From Bugula neritina (lineage: Eukaryota > Animalia > Bryozoa), in contig OZ037770.1 of the NCBI GenBank assembly GCA_964035545.1, positions 10,422,973-10,486,972 on the forward strand: 64,000 nt of DNA. Direction: 5' to 3'. The position numbers and the translations under genes are program-made. Below, piece by piece: positions 52,120 to 64,000 of the stretch (positions are counted from its first letter, which is position 1; each line of letters opens with the position of its first letter). Under the pieces are notes generated by a model. The model was not told the DNA's origin, did not search any database, and saw nothing but the letters and a program-made list of their open reading frames with translations.

Positions 52120-55100
52120 GGTGGTGGATGGTGGAACCAAGAGCTGTACCAGTTTACACTACGGACCCCAGCATCCAAGGACTGATGGCAATGATGTACT
52201 GTAGAGAAGTTCCCATCAGTCAAGACTTCATACTAACCTCCAAGCGGTCACCACTGGTAACTGGGTGTAGATACACCCAGGCTAATAGTATGAGGATCTA
52301 TGGGTTGATCACCCAGACAACAATCCATCCAGAAACGTGACACTCTGAGAGGGCGAATTACTCGGCCAGTCACTGCGACTACTGAACTGCTGTGCTCGTC
52401 CTGGACACTCCTTGCCAGCACAGCGTACTTCTTTAGTGGAGAGGGGTGCTTAAGCAACTGACAAAACCCTAAGTATCCTTAAACTTCTTGTCAGCATAAC
52501 CCGATTGAATCATGAAAAGAAAAATGAACACGAAATCATACTGGCAGGACGTCGCCCAGGATAAAAAGGTCCAAATTTCTAAACTCAACCTTGCATCATG
52601 GAACATACGAACAATGCTAGACCGGGAGAACACAGAAAGACCTGAGAGAAGGAGTGCAATCATTTCATCTGAACTACAGAAGTATGGCATCGACATTGCA
52701 GCACTGAGTGAAATCAGATTCAAAGATACAGGTAAAATTCGTGAAGAGTCAGGCTACACCATTTACTGGAGTGGCAAAACTGCATCTGAGCGCAGTGAGT
52801 CAGGCGTGGCCCTTGCTATCAGGAACGAACTTGTTTCGAGACTAATCGAAGAGCCAAAGGCTATAAGCGACAGACTGATGTCACTCAGGGTTCCTCTGTC
52901 TGATGAGCGATGGTGCACTGTGATAGCTGTCTATGCTCCCACGATGACAAACAGCCAAGAAAACATCAACAGATTCTATGACCAACTGAATCAGGCTCTA
53001 AGATCAGTCCCAGCAGCTGATAAGATCTTACTCATGGGGGATTTCAATGCTAGAGTTGGACAAGATCACTCAACCTGGCCCGGTGTGATAGGCAAGTATG
53101 GCTGCGGAAACCTGAACTCCAATGGTGAACTTCTGATCTCAGTCTGTAGTGAACATCAACTGTGCATTACCAACACCTTCTTCAAGCATAAACCAGCTCA
53201 CAAGTTCTCTTGGATGCACCCGAGAAGCAAGAACTGGCATCTCATCGACTTTGTTATCACACGACAACGTGATCTACCAGACATTCTAGACACAAGGGCG
53301 ATGAGAGGGGCGAATTGCAGTACTGACCACATCATGATCAGGTCAAAAGCTAAGCTCCGAGTGAGGAGAAAAATGAAGAAAGGGAGAACACCTTGCCAGA
53401 AGCTGGACGTTTCTCGACTTAAGAATGAGGAAGTAAGACAAGAACTGGAAAAGTCCCTTGCTGGGAAACTGAACTCTGCTCCAGAGGGCGTGGAGAGTAA
53501 GTGGAGAGCATTCAAAGAGATAGTTTATGCAGAGTCAAAAGTGCACCTCGGCACTGTCAGCAGGAAACATGAGGACTGGTTTGACGAGAATAATGATGAG
53601 CTTCAAGAACTCATCCAGAAGAGAAACAAGGCCAGAGCAGACATGTTAACCAGGAATACTCGCTCGAACAAGTCAAAGCTTAGAATGGCTGGCAGAAAAC
53701 TCACAGGAAGATGCAGGGAGCTCAAGAACGACTGGTGGTTGGCAAAAGCTGCTGAACTGCAACGGTTTGCTGACACCAACGACATGAAAGGCTTTTACCA
53801 AAGCATGAAAACTGTTTGGCGTCCAGGAGTGAGTCATCCTGACCAGCTCCTGGCCAGTGACAGCTCAACACTCCTGACAGAAAAACAAGATCTTCTAGCG
53901 AGATGGACAGAGCATTTCAGCAAGCTACTAAACGAGACTCCAGATATTGATGACAACATCATTGAGAACCTGAGACAAGCTCCCATTCAGGACTGGATGA
54001 ACGATTGCCCAGATATTGAAGAGATCATCAAGGCAACTTCGATGCTAAGTGAAGGGAAATCACCTGGCTCTGATGGCATTCACCCGGAGGTTATCAAAAG
54101 GGGAGGGCCCAAACTAATAAGTACTCTCCATGAGATAATAAAGGAGGCATGGAAAACTGCTGTAGTCCCTCAAGATTGGAAAGATGCCCAACTTATAACC
54201 ATCTTCAAAAAAGGTGATCGGAAGCTGTGCGGTAACTACAGAGGTATCTCCCTGCTCTCAATTCCCGGTAAAGTTTTTGCTCGTGTCCTTCTGAATAGAC
54301 TGACATCATATGCAGAAAACTTCCTACCCGAAACTCAGTGTGGATTCCGTAGTGGAAGGGGAACAGCAGATATGATATTTGCACTGAAGCAGATACAGGA
54401 AAAATGCATCGAGCAAAATATGCCCCTGTACATGGTCTTCATTGACTTCACCAAAGCGTTCGATACTGTTGATCGGGCGACCCTGTGGAAGATCTTACAG
54501 AAACTCGGTTTTCCTAGTCACTTCACCAATCTTATCAGCGCTCTCCATATTGGCATGAAGGCCTCAGTCAAGCTGAAAGGGGAGTTATCTGAGTCGTTCC
54601 AAGTCAACAATGGTGTGAAACAAGGATGTGTGTTGGCTCCAACGCTATTCTCTATTTTCTTATCGGCTGTTCTACAGCACGCATTTGAAAACTGTGATAA
54701 AGGCGTCTGGATTCAAAGTAGACCTGGAGCTGATCTGTTCAATGTGAACCAATACAAGTCAACAACAAGAACACAAAAAGTATTGGTTAGAGAACTCATG
54801 TTTGCTGACGACACTGCCTTCGTTGCACACAGCCATGGCGATGCACAGGAATTAGTCAACAGATTCGCCAGAGCTTCCAAAGCTTTTGGTCTGAAGATCA
54901 ATATCAAGAAAACGGAAACGCTCTACCAACCGGCACCTGGAGCCCATGACAGTGGTGACAGTATCTGCATAGATAATGAAGACCTTGCCAACGTCAATAG
55001 GTTTAAATATCTTGGGTCTACAGTGATGTGCAACAACAAGATGGATGAAGAGATTCATACAAGGATGTCCAATGCTTCAATCTCATTCGGCAGACTAAAG

Positions 55101-55613
55101 ACCAAAGTGTGGTACAATAAGGATCTGTCATTCAAGACCAAGTGTACAGTGTACAGAGCCATTGTCCTGTCCTCTCTGCTCTATGGAGCGGAGGCCTGGC
55201 CTGTATACAGGATAGCCGCTCACAAATTCAACACCTATATGATGAGACATCTACACCAGATCTTGAACGTGAAGTGGTGGGATTTCATCTCGAATGAGGA
55301 GACTCTAGCACAGGCAAATCTACCCAGCATGTATGAACTACTCATTCACAAAAACCTGAGATGGGCTGGTCATGTGCATCGAATGGATAACTCTAGATTA
55401 CCTAAGCAAATTCTCTATTCACAACTGAAAGAAGGCACCCGTGGTGTTGGCAGGCCGCGACTGAGATTCAAAGATACCGTTAAACGCAATCTAAAAGACC
55501 TGAAGATCCCTATTGGTAGCTGGCAATCTCTCAGCAAAGACAGATGTAAATGGAGGACCATGATTCACCGGAAGTCATCTTCGGACACGAAGGACAGCTA
55601 ATGATGATGATGA
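52120..55613 (+). mobile_element. Apparently full-length RTE-clade LINE
   Basis: Single APE+RT ORF, 392-bp 5' UTR, (TGA)n tail straight after the stop, TSD TATATAAGT (52111-52119 and 55614-55622); empty site in the other four units. Confidence 0.93.
52512..55601 (+). CDS. APE endonuclease plus reverse transcriptase polyprotein (1029 aa)
   Basis: SWNIRT, ALSE, GDFNA, IDF, TDH endonuclease motifs; KSPGSDG, NYRGISLL, QCGFR, DFTKAFD, GVKQGCVLAP, FADD, YLG RT motifs; RWAGHV and GRPRLRF C-terminus. Confidence 0.96.
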   Translation: MKRKMNTKSYWQDVAQDKKVQISKLNLASWNIRTMLDRENTERPERRSAIISSELQKYGIDIAALSEIRFKDTGKIREESGYTIYWSGKTASERSESGVALAIRNELVSRLIEEPKAISDRLMSLRVPLSDERWCTVIAVYAPTMTNSQENINRFYDQLNQALRSVPAADKILLMGDFNARVGQDHSTWPGVIGKYGCGNLNSNGELLISVCSEHQLCITNTFFKHKPAHKFSWMHPRSKNWHLIDFVITRQRDLPDILDTRAMRGANCSTDHIMIRSKAKLRVRRKMKKGRTPCQKLDVSRLKNEEVRQELEKSLAGKLNSAPEGVESKWRAFKEIVYAESKVHLGTVSRKHEDWFDENNDELQELIQKRNKARADMLTRNTRSNKSKLRMAGRKLTGRCRELKNDWWLAKAAELQRFADTNDMKGFYQSMKTVWRPGVSHPDQLLASDSSTLLTEKQDLLARWTEHFSKLLNETPDIDDNIIENLRQAPIQDWMNDCPDIEEIIKATSMLSEGKSPGSDGIHPEVIKRGGPKLISTLHEIIKEAWKTAVVPQDWKDAQLITIFKKGDRKLCGNYRGISLLSIPGKVFARVLLNRLTSYAENFLPETQCGFRSGRGTADMIFALKQIQEKCIEQNMPLYMVFIDFTKAFDTVDRATLWKILQKLGFPSHFTNLISALHIGMKASVKLKGELSESFQVNNGVKQGCVLAPTLFSIFLSAVLQHAFENCDKGVWIQSRPGADLFNVNQYKSTTRTQKVLVRELMFADDTAFVAHSHGDAQELVNRFARASKAFGLKINIKKTETLYQPAPGAHDSGDSICIDNEDLANVNRFKYLGSTVMCNNKMDEEIHTRMSNASISFGRLKTKVWYNKDLSFKTKCTVYRAIVLSSLLYGAEAWPVYRIAAHKFNTYMMRHLHQILNVKWWDFISNEETLAQANLPSMYELLIHKNLRWAGHVHRMDNSRLPKQILYSQLKEGTRGVGRPRLRFKDTVKRNLKDLKIPIGSWQSLSKDRCKWRTMIHRKSSSDTKDS

Positions 55614-56047
55614 TATATAAGTTTTCAAACTTATTGTGAATATTTGTAATTACATGACATAGTACAATATGTGTACAGCATCCTGTTGGTTAATCAAATC
55701 TTGGAAATCTTTTCGATTCAATAGTTGAAAATTTTAAGCACTTCAAGTCGAATGATTTTATCAAATTAGTTATTATTAATTATCCACTGTTTTTACTTTT
55801 AATCTGCTTCTTTTGTTTTACTTTTTTATATTTGAGGGACGTGCAGTTTCAATTCATGGGGTTTCACTGTAGCTCAGTAATTTAGTGCTGGTTCTTAATA
55901 ATACGCATATTAAGATGTATTTTAAATGCTTCTAGAGATTTGTTTTGTTTGTTTTATTTTTCCTTTACAATTCTTTGTTGAAACATATTTCTAAGAAAAA
56001 GTGTTTTTATGTAAAGCTTACATTTCCATTTTATAGGGTAAATCTAA

Positions 56048-59000
56048 ATGGCGGAGGCCGCAGTGGAAAAAGTTGTGTGTGGATTCTGTTTACTTGAAGA
56101 AGGTTTAGAGAATCCCAAGTGTTTACCATGTGGTCATGTACACTGTTTACTATGTCTTACTCGTAATGTTGATGTGAATGACATGATCAGGTGTCCCTGG
56201 TGTAGGTAAGTCAGTTCTGTATAGGCAAAGCTAAGACATACTGTTGGTAAATAGTTCATGATTTTCATCATATGTTTTATCTTATACTAAATTATTGCGT
56301 TCCATTACATTATATGTTTTACCTTATAATAATTTATTGCATTCCGTTATATATAGTTTCAATTATTACTAAGTAATTATGTGTCTCGTCACAGAGAAGT
56401 GTTTGATGTGAGAGTGGAGAATCTTCCATCTGCTGATGTAGAGGACAACTCCGTATCATGTGACGTCTGCACTAAGAAAGGGATAGAGAAAGTACCAGCA
56501 GTCATATTCTGCACTGTGTGTCGTAAACTCTTCTGCAGAAAACATGATGAGGTATTTGATTGATTATATAACTATTTACTGTTTGGGTAATGCACCATAA
56601 ACCATACTCGTAAGCCTATTTTAGTGATTTTGTGGGTTTATTAGAAATAGATTAAGCAGTCTGCATGCCAGTACTATTCTTTGCTGAATAAAAGTCTTCT
56701 TGGATGATTCAATATAATAGTCTTTATTTCTTATTAGATGTTTCCTCAGAAAGCTCCAGTGTAACACTGACTTAGCACTGGAAATTACCACCACTTCGGT
56801 TGTCCGAAACTCGGCCGAGACTCGGAATTACGTTGGCCGAAGTCGGAAGGTTCTGTCCGTGATCGAACCGACCCTTCCGAAGTCGCACCTTCGGGCTCCG
56901 ATCTCGGTCGAGTTTCGGCTCACATAACTTGTCAAATGTTTAATTATAAAAAAAGGTGGCGGAGGAATACAACTCTAATTACACTGGTACAAAAACATCT
57001 CCGCAATTCTATTACACTATTCCATTTTTTTTTTCGTTGAGTTATATTTTTTAGTAAATATATATTTTGTTATACTTAGCTACATGATGAAACCAGTGAT
57101 GAACACCAGAAGATGACCATATCTGACTACAGGATACAAGCCAAGAGATTGGAGAAGAGAGTTTGTCCCAAACACACAGCATATCCCTACTCACTGGGAT
57201 GTAAAGTCTGTGTTCGGCTGTTCTGTGTGCAGTGTGTATCTCCGAGCAACTTATGTGTTGGAGGTACGAAAGTTTTATGCTATTATTTTCTGTTATTGTT
57301 ATCTGGTATTTTGTAATTTTCTCAATGCAATTTTTAGTTTTTAGTAGTAGGTGATAGTGCATTAGTGGGCTTTTAAAAAGTAATTTGAATCTTTGAACAA
57401 GTTGATGTCAAAATGTATAAATTTTATGTTAAGATCAAATAGTAAAAACAGACCTGACTAAGAAAATAGCATGACAGAGTTGGAAAAATATGTCCGATTA
57501 ATAAATATTGATCTTAATTAGTAACTTATTGTACCAACTACTAGTATTTTTCCTTTATAGCAATTCTTTACATTTTCTCTGATTGGAGCTCAACTAATCT
57601 TGATTCAAGATCTTTACACCAATAATAGAGGGGTTTCAGACATCCCTCCAGAGGAATTTGTATTTTAAAGTTGCCTCCCCCTACAGGGATTGGGGGCAGT
57701 CTCAATGATATATAGAAGGCCCATAAAATAAGTAGAGATGTATGGTTTGAGTGAAGACTACTACTAGTATAAGTTTCATTTTTTCTGAGATTAATATTTT
57801 GGCATAGGTACACATATGAGCAGTTTCAGAAATTTTTTAAAAAATTTTGTTAATGATAAATGGCACAAAAAGAAAACTTCAAAGCATATTTGTGGTTTTG
57901 GTTATTGAGCAAATCTGAAGCTGGCAGCTGTCATTATTATTTGCTTTGCTGACTGTAACCAGTCTGGTTAGAGCTGCTAACCTTTCAACTCTTAGAACAA
58001 TAATAACATGCTCGTACACTATATAGCTGCACTAGTGGGCTCTGTCTTACTAAACTCCAAATGCTCCAAATTATGGGTTGGAACACATGCCTGTACGTTT
58101 ATGAAGGCACTGGCTCATTTGTATTAACATGTTCACGTACTTACACACCTATACTATGAAAATAACTAAGCCACCCTACTATCTAATATTTCTATATATC
58201 AAAAAAATTATTATAAATATAAAGATATGTATTAAAATAGATAGATTAAATTTGTAATTTCAAACAACATCTTATCTAAAAATGCCAAACACTGTATAAC
58301 TATATATATTTTTTAAAAGCATTTGTTTACATGACATGCCTGCAAGTCAATGAAAATATTTAAAGAACAGTAAAAGGAAGCATATAAATTTCAGAATAGT
58401 TTCTTCTTTTCTGAGATAAATATTTTGGAAATGTCCCACAATTCAACATTTAAATTAAGTCTGTAAAAGAATTTTTCACAGTGTATTTTCAATGAATAAT
58501 TATTCTTGCAAGCTGGTTTGTGTTTGTTCTGGCATGCCATTTTACAGTGGTCTAGTTAACTAGGTCAAAGTTCATTGAGGTGGAATTGTTTTATTAACCT
58601 CCTTGTGTCGATAAAATACTATCATTGGATTTAGAGCTTCTCTAAGCAACTTCGCAGTCTGATTAAATATCTGCGATACCTGCCTATTAGACAATCCAAA
58701 CCTAAAAAATAATATACTAAATCTTTGTATTACATGTATGGATGAAAAATAATGCAACAAATTGGCTAAAGCATGTTCAAGTAATGTAAAAAACTCGAAA
58801 TATAAATGAGTCCAACTAGAGCTAGTCAAGTGTGTAGTGTTTTTGGCCGATTTATATGTGTTGTTTAATCAGCTTATTATGTAGTGATGTAATCCTATAT
58901 AATGTAATTTAAGTTAGACAGCTAAAGTTGGACAGTTCTCATCGTGCACTTTCTTGAATAAGCAGTTATGTAATATAGAGAGACAGCTACTCAACAGAGA

Positions 59001-62000
59001 GCTTCAAGCAAACAAAATTCTTGCAACGAGGTTGATTGAATACAAAACAGCTGCTGTTATTCTTATAGCAGCATGCATTGTATAAGAGATAGCCTGATGG
59101 TTCACATAGTTTACATACAGTGACATACCACTGAAAATTATTAGAAACCACAGAAAAGATATAAAGGAGAGAATGCTGGCACAAAGGAAGTATAGCAATG
59201 CGGTCAAATATATGGCTGAAATCTGACCTAGAGATAAATAAGTACAAAATGTACATAATATAGCTAAATCAGTAAAGCCAAATGATTTGATATAAAAAGT
59301 ATTATCTGGGAATTTAGTGAAACTTAGTAGCATTATTTAGAACTCCACCTTTGAGCAAGACCCGTATGGAGTAAAGCCAATCTTAATTTTATTAGTGTCA
59401 TAAGAATGCAGTCATTATGACATAGTTCGTTCTTTCTATACTTTACAGCTGGTACTAAATGTACATTTCAACTTTTTTTGAAAACAAAATAAGTTGCTTT
59501 GGCTGAAAAGTGCTTTTTTTTGATGATTTTTTTTCTGCAATGCAGCAGTATACAATTTACAATGCTCCAAAAACATTTCTTTATTAGGAATGTTGGTATA
59601 CAAACAGCTTGCAAGAATAGTTATTTATTGAAAATACACTGTGAAATTTTTTTTACAGACTTAATTTAAATGTTGAATGGTGGGACATTTCCAAAATATT
59701 CATCTCAGAAAAGAAGAAACTATTCTGAAATTTATATGCTTCTTTTTACTGTTCTCTAAATATTTTCATTGACTTGCAGGCATGCCATGTAAACAAATGC
59801 TTTTAAAAAATATATATAGTTATACAGTGTTTGGCATTTTTAGATAAGATGTTGTTTGAAATTACAAATTTAATCTATCTATTTTAATACATATCTTTAT
59901 ATTTATAATAATTTTTTTGATATATAGAAATATTAGATAGTAGGGTGGCTTAGTTATTTTCATAGTATAGGTGTGTAAGTACGTGAACATGTTAATACAA
60001 ATGAGCCAGTGCCTTCATAAACGTACAGGCATGTGTTCCAACCCATAATTTGGAGCATTTGGAGTTCAGTAAGAGTACAGAGCCCACTAGTGCAGCTATA
60101 TAGTGTACGAGCATGTTATTATTGTTCTAAGAGTTGAAAGGTTAGCAGCTCTAACCAGACTGGTTACAGTCAGCAAAGCAAATAATAATGACAGCTGCCA
60201 GCTTCAGATTTGCTCAATAACCAAAACCACAAATATGCTTTGAAGTTTTCTTTTTGTGCCATTTATCATTAACAAATTTTTTTAAAAAAATTCTGAAACT
60301 GCTCATATGTGTACCTATGCCAAAATAATAATCTCAGAAAAAATGAAACTTATACTAGTAGTAGTCTTCACTCAAACCATACATCTCTACTTATTTTATG
60401 GGCCTTCTATATATCATGGAGACTGCCCCCAATACCTGTAGGGGGAGACAACTTTAAAATACAAATTCCTCTGGAGGGATGTCTGAAACCCCTCTATTGG
60501 AAATATGTATTCACAATGAACCTGTAAGGCACGAGGTCTGAACATATTTTGAGTTACTAATAAATTGCTTGTGCAGATTGAAATGAATCTATATTGTATT
60601 ACACAGATTCTGAGCATAAGCTGGTTAATTTGGATGACCTAATTAAAGACCTGATCAATATTGATAAATTGACTTCTGCAGAAGACAAGATGTCCGCCCA
60701 CTTCAAACAATTATCTAAATCTTTATCTGATTTTGATACTGAGACTGGCAAATTGCTGAATATTCTTCATACACAGAGAGATAAACATGTAAGATTAATA
60801 TTATTATCCAGTGGTATATTAATTTTAATATAATTATTGTAATTTGTATTTGAACTTTATGCTTCAGCATGCTTGTATTTTCATATCTTTAGATTTAATT
60901 TGCTTTGATTACTAAGCCATAAATCTTGATATTTGATAGTTTAAATAAAAGTAGAAAGCAAACAATGCTTTCTATAACTTCCTGTAATTTTTGTGTTGAA
61001 TTCTTTGTCTATTAATTTCATGTGTGCTAAGCTAGTTGATATCGTATTATTGCTTTAGTTGACTGAAGTGAGACTAAAGTATGAGAAACTGGAGAAGGAA
61101 TTCTTAGCTAGTAGAAAGAAGACTAAAGAGGAACTGAACAGATACATGGAGAGAGAAGTTGAAACTGTTTTGTCTCAACTGAGTAACAGTAGAATGAAGA
61201 TAGAAGCTCAACTTAGACAAAACCATCAGGTTTGTAACTAATCCAATATTTTCCACTAAACTGATTTTCCACTTTACTGTTTTCTGTCTTGTAATAATTT
61301 CTACTTATGATTTACACTTTGCGGTGTGTAAGAGATTCTGGTAGGTAGGCCTGTTTCTTTTCTCAATTCCTTGGGACCACCAGCAATTGTGCTGTCAAAT
61401 AAATTTGTATATGTAATACGGTTTTGTATGTTTTATAGTGGTATAGGTTATAGCATAGTGTATGTTATATAATAGTGTATGTCAGGGATGGGCAAATGTT
61501 TGTGAAATGAGGGGCCAGATCTCAATATTTAAGGTGCCAGAAAGGGCAGGTTTGTTTGTTTTAAATTCAAGGTACGCAATTCTGAACTATTAAATGCAGA
61601 TATGAATTGCCATTTCTCCAGTTTCCTGAGCTGAAAGTATAAATGGCAGAATGTAGATGCAGAATACAAAAGATATGACAGTTTATTAATTTACCAATTT
61701 GTATATAGTTTACTAAGCAAGAAAGTAGCAAATAATATATTTGGTACACTTATAGTACTATAATTAGTGAGGAGTGTGAAAAACACTTTTAGTAGCCATA
61801 ATAGCACTAATTTCACTGCTAGTAATGGGTTCATGTGTGGCTACTTGAAGCAAATCTTGCAGATGCTCATTGGTGAGCTAGCTGTGTTCTATTACTATTT
61901 TTATATGGCTCATGCTAGAAAACATGCATTTGCATTTATAAGTATAACTGAATATGCCCAGTACTCTTAGTCCCAGTTTAGCTAGTGTAGGGTACTTCTC

Positions 62001-64000
62001 ACTGGTTACTGGTGAAGTGTAGAAGCTAACTGTTGTTGCAGCAACTGGTAAATTGAGTTGCAACAGCAGCAACATCACATAACCCAAGTTGTAATGCTGC
62101 TATACTTATGCTCTCTGAAGGGTGATTTTTAGTTTCAGCAACTATATTATTTAATGTAAAATATCAGCAGTGACAGAAAGATGTCAAGTATATATTGGTT
62201 ATTGTGTATCTGTCTAGCAACTGTTCATATGTGGTCACATGTTACAGGTGGATCTGGTTGAAGGATTTGCAGAGATTAAAGAGAGAATACAGAGACTGAT
62301 ATCTGTTGAGATACCTAAACTAGAGTTGTGTGATGTCATGTCTCTAGAGGTCAAAGGTTAGTATACTAGACTAGAGCTGTTTGATGTCATGTCTCTAAAG
62401 GTCAAAGGTTAGTATACCAAACTAGAACTGTGTGATGACATGTCTATAAAAGTTAAAAGTTATAACTCTACAACCAAGCAAGTCAATCTTCCCTGACAAG
62501 ATTTCAATTCCTAATCTGTTGTATTGGTATTTCAATGCAGGTATAAGATAGATACAAACCTCATATACATAGACCAGAATATCGCCACCTTAGCTATTAT
62601 AGTAAATTATGGAAATAGCTAGGAGGAAGTATTACATTAAATATGTATATAATGATAAGAATAGTTCCTACAGTCTCCCTTACTAACTCTCACATAACTT
62701 GTACTTTGTAGAAGAGAAGAGAGAAATAGAGGCAGAACTGGTTCCTGCAGCAGACATGATTATTAGTTTAGATCAAGGAGTGACAACTCTCACTCTTCCT
62801 AAATCTCTCAAACTCCTACAGTCTGTTGATGTTTCTAATGGCTGTAGGTCTGCTTGTAAATATGAGGGCAACACTTATGTAGGGCTGGAAAATGATGCAG
62901 GGATAGACAGAATAGATGAGAGTTTCAGTGTTTCTAAGTCTTTTGTTTCTGTTACTAAGAATGTAAATGGAGTAGCAGCTTGTACTAACCAGTTGTATGC
63001 TTTAGTTTTTGTCAGTGATCGCAATCCTTCTTGGGTGGTGAATGTGTATGATCTTACTGGGAAACAGGTGACCAGCTGGTCGCATCATGATAATAGTGGT
63101 GGTGTAAACAAACTTGCTATTGTTGATGACCAGGTTGTAGTTCCTGATAGACACAGTAAAAGACTTACAATCTACTCTTTTACTGGGGAGGTAATTAAAC
63201 ATGTCCCCTGCCCTCTACTCAGTAATAGTCGTACAGCAATATGTGCAGCAGACAGACATTGTGTAGTAGTTTCTGACTCTGGTTCCTCTCAAGTATTTAA
63301 ATTAGACTTGACAACAGAGAAAGTCATCTGGACATGCAAGGATGTATATAAACCACGAGGTGTGACCTGCTATAGAAGTAAATATATTCTTGTGAGTAAC
63401 TACAGCAGTAAAACCACCATCTGGATACTGGATGTGGAGACAGGTTAGTGATTCCAGTATTGTAATGTATGTGTGCAAAATAGAATATATTTAACATGGA
63501 AACTTTGCTTCATATACGCTACATAATACTGTATGATAATACATTAAATTGTATACTCAAACCACAATCAGTGGATGGGCTGTTGGTAAGCCATTCAATA
63601 ATAAAATTCACAGCTCTACTGTATGTAATGGCGTTTATAATATAAATATATAGCTACATTTACCTTCCATTTAGGTTGTACACTATTTACACATTTGCTG
63701 TACAGTGCACTTTACAAATTGATAAGTATATTGTTAGGAAGTTGCTATTATAGGCCCATTGACTATATTTATTGAAACACATGACTAAAATATATTAAAA
63801 CAATATGCAGTCACAAAGGTTTCTCCCCAGTGTCAGGATACATATTATATTCAAGCTATATTGAACTTGTTATATTGTAGGTAGACAGTTATCTATGCTA
63901 GAAGATACAACTGTTAGGAGTGAGAGTAGTGTACTTGATCTCCATGTGTATGAAGACATGCTGATTGTACCCAGATGTCAAGAGAAGAAAGTTCTATTCT
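56048..64000 (+). CDS. TRIM-family gene copy 5 (type A); last exon runs off the window
   Basis: Exons 56048-56205, 56395-56551, 57080-57263, 60607-60788, 61059-61229, 62248-62356, 62712-63443, 63881 to window end. In frame, GT-AG. Confidence 0.88.
56737..57000. mobile_element. Small GC-rich foldback/MITE-like insertion in intron 2 of copy 5
   Basis: Outer arms AGATGTTT...CCAGTGTAA and TTACACTGG...AAACATCT; inner arms CCGAAACTCGGCCGAGA and TCTCGGTCGAGTTTCGG; absent in copy 3. Confidence 0.55.
57628..60494. mobile_element. Non-autonomous foldback DNA transposon, 2.87 kb, with TIRs of about 0.9 kb
   Basis: 57628 to about 58520 is the reverse complement of about 59600-60494; termini GAGGGG...CCCCTC flanked by TA; empty site in copy 1 (about 5318); no transposase ORF. 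Confidence 0.9.

Noticed and set aside
52120-52511. Self-cleaving ribozyme in the RTE 5' UTR
   Set aside because: Known for some RTE elements, but I could not identify the required pairing by eye.
57568-57813. Mirror ORFs at 57568 (-) and 60309 (+)
   Set aside because: By-product of the foldback TIRs.

Overview
AT-rich, intron-containing animal (invertebrate-type) DNA. The whole window is a tandem array of a roughly 9-14 kb unit, and two units are further enlarged by transposon insertions. Each unit holds a + strand TRIM-type gene (C3HC4 RING, two B-boxes, coiled coil, NHL-like beta-propeller; 8 coding exons, about 605 aa). Copy 1 (3732-6049) has lost exons 6-8. Copies 2 (12414-19160), 3 (26036-29908) and 4 (40595-46658) are complete and open. 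Copy 5 (56048 to the window end) is cut off in exon 8. Upstream of every copy is a small CpG-containing block with a perfect NF-kB-type site (GGGGATTTCCC). RING and B-box-1 exons are almost invariant, the exon-4 coiled coil alternates between two types (A-B-A-B-A), and the propeller varies mainly in short loop patches. This pattern suggests an immune-inducible, diversified receptor/E3-ligase cluster reshuffled by recombination (inference). Between the genes, on the - strand, each unit carries co-amplified 3' exons of an exportin-4 (XPO4)-like gene. Insertions found: an intact RTE LINE, a young gag-only LTR element, a solo LTR, three copies of a CAC...GTG MITE, a 2.9 kb foldback element, an R4/Dong-like RT fragment and smaller palindromic insertions. 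None interrupts a TRIM coding exon. Exon boundaries were read by eye from splice signals and frame continuity; no database search was possible.
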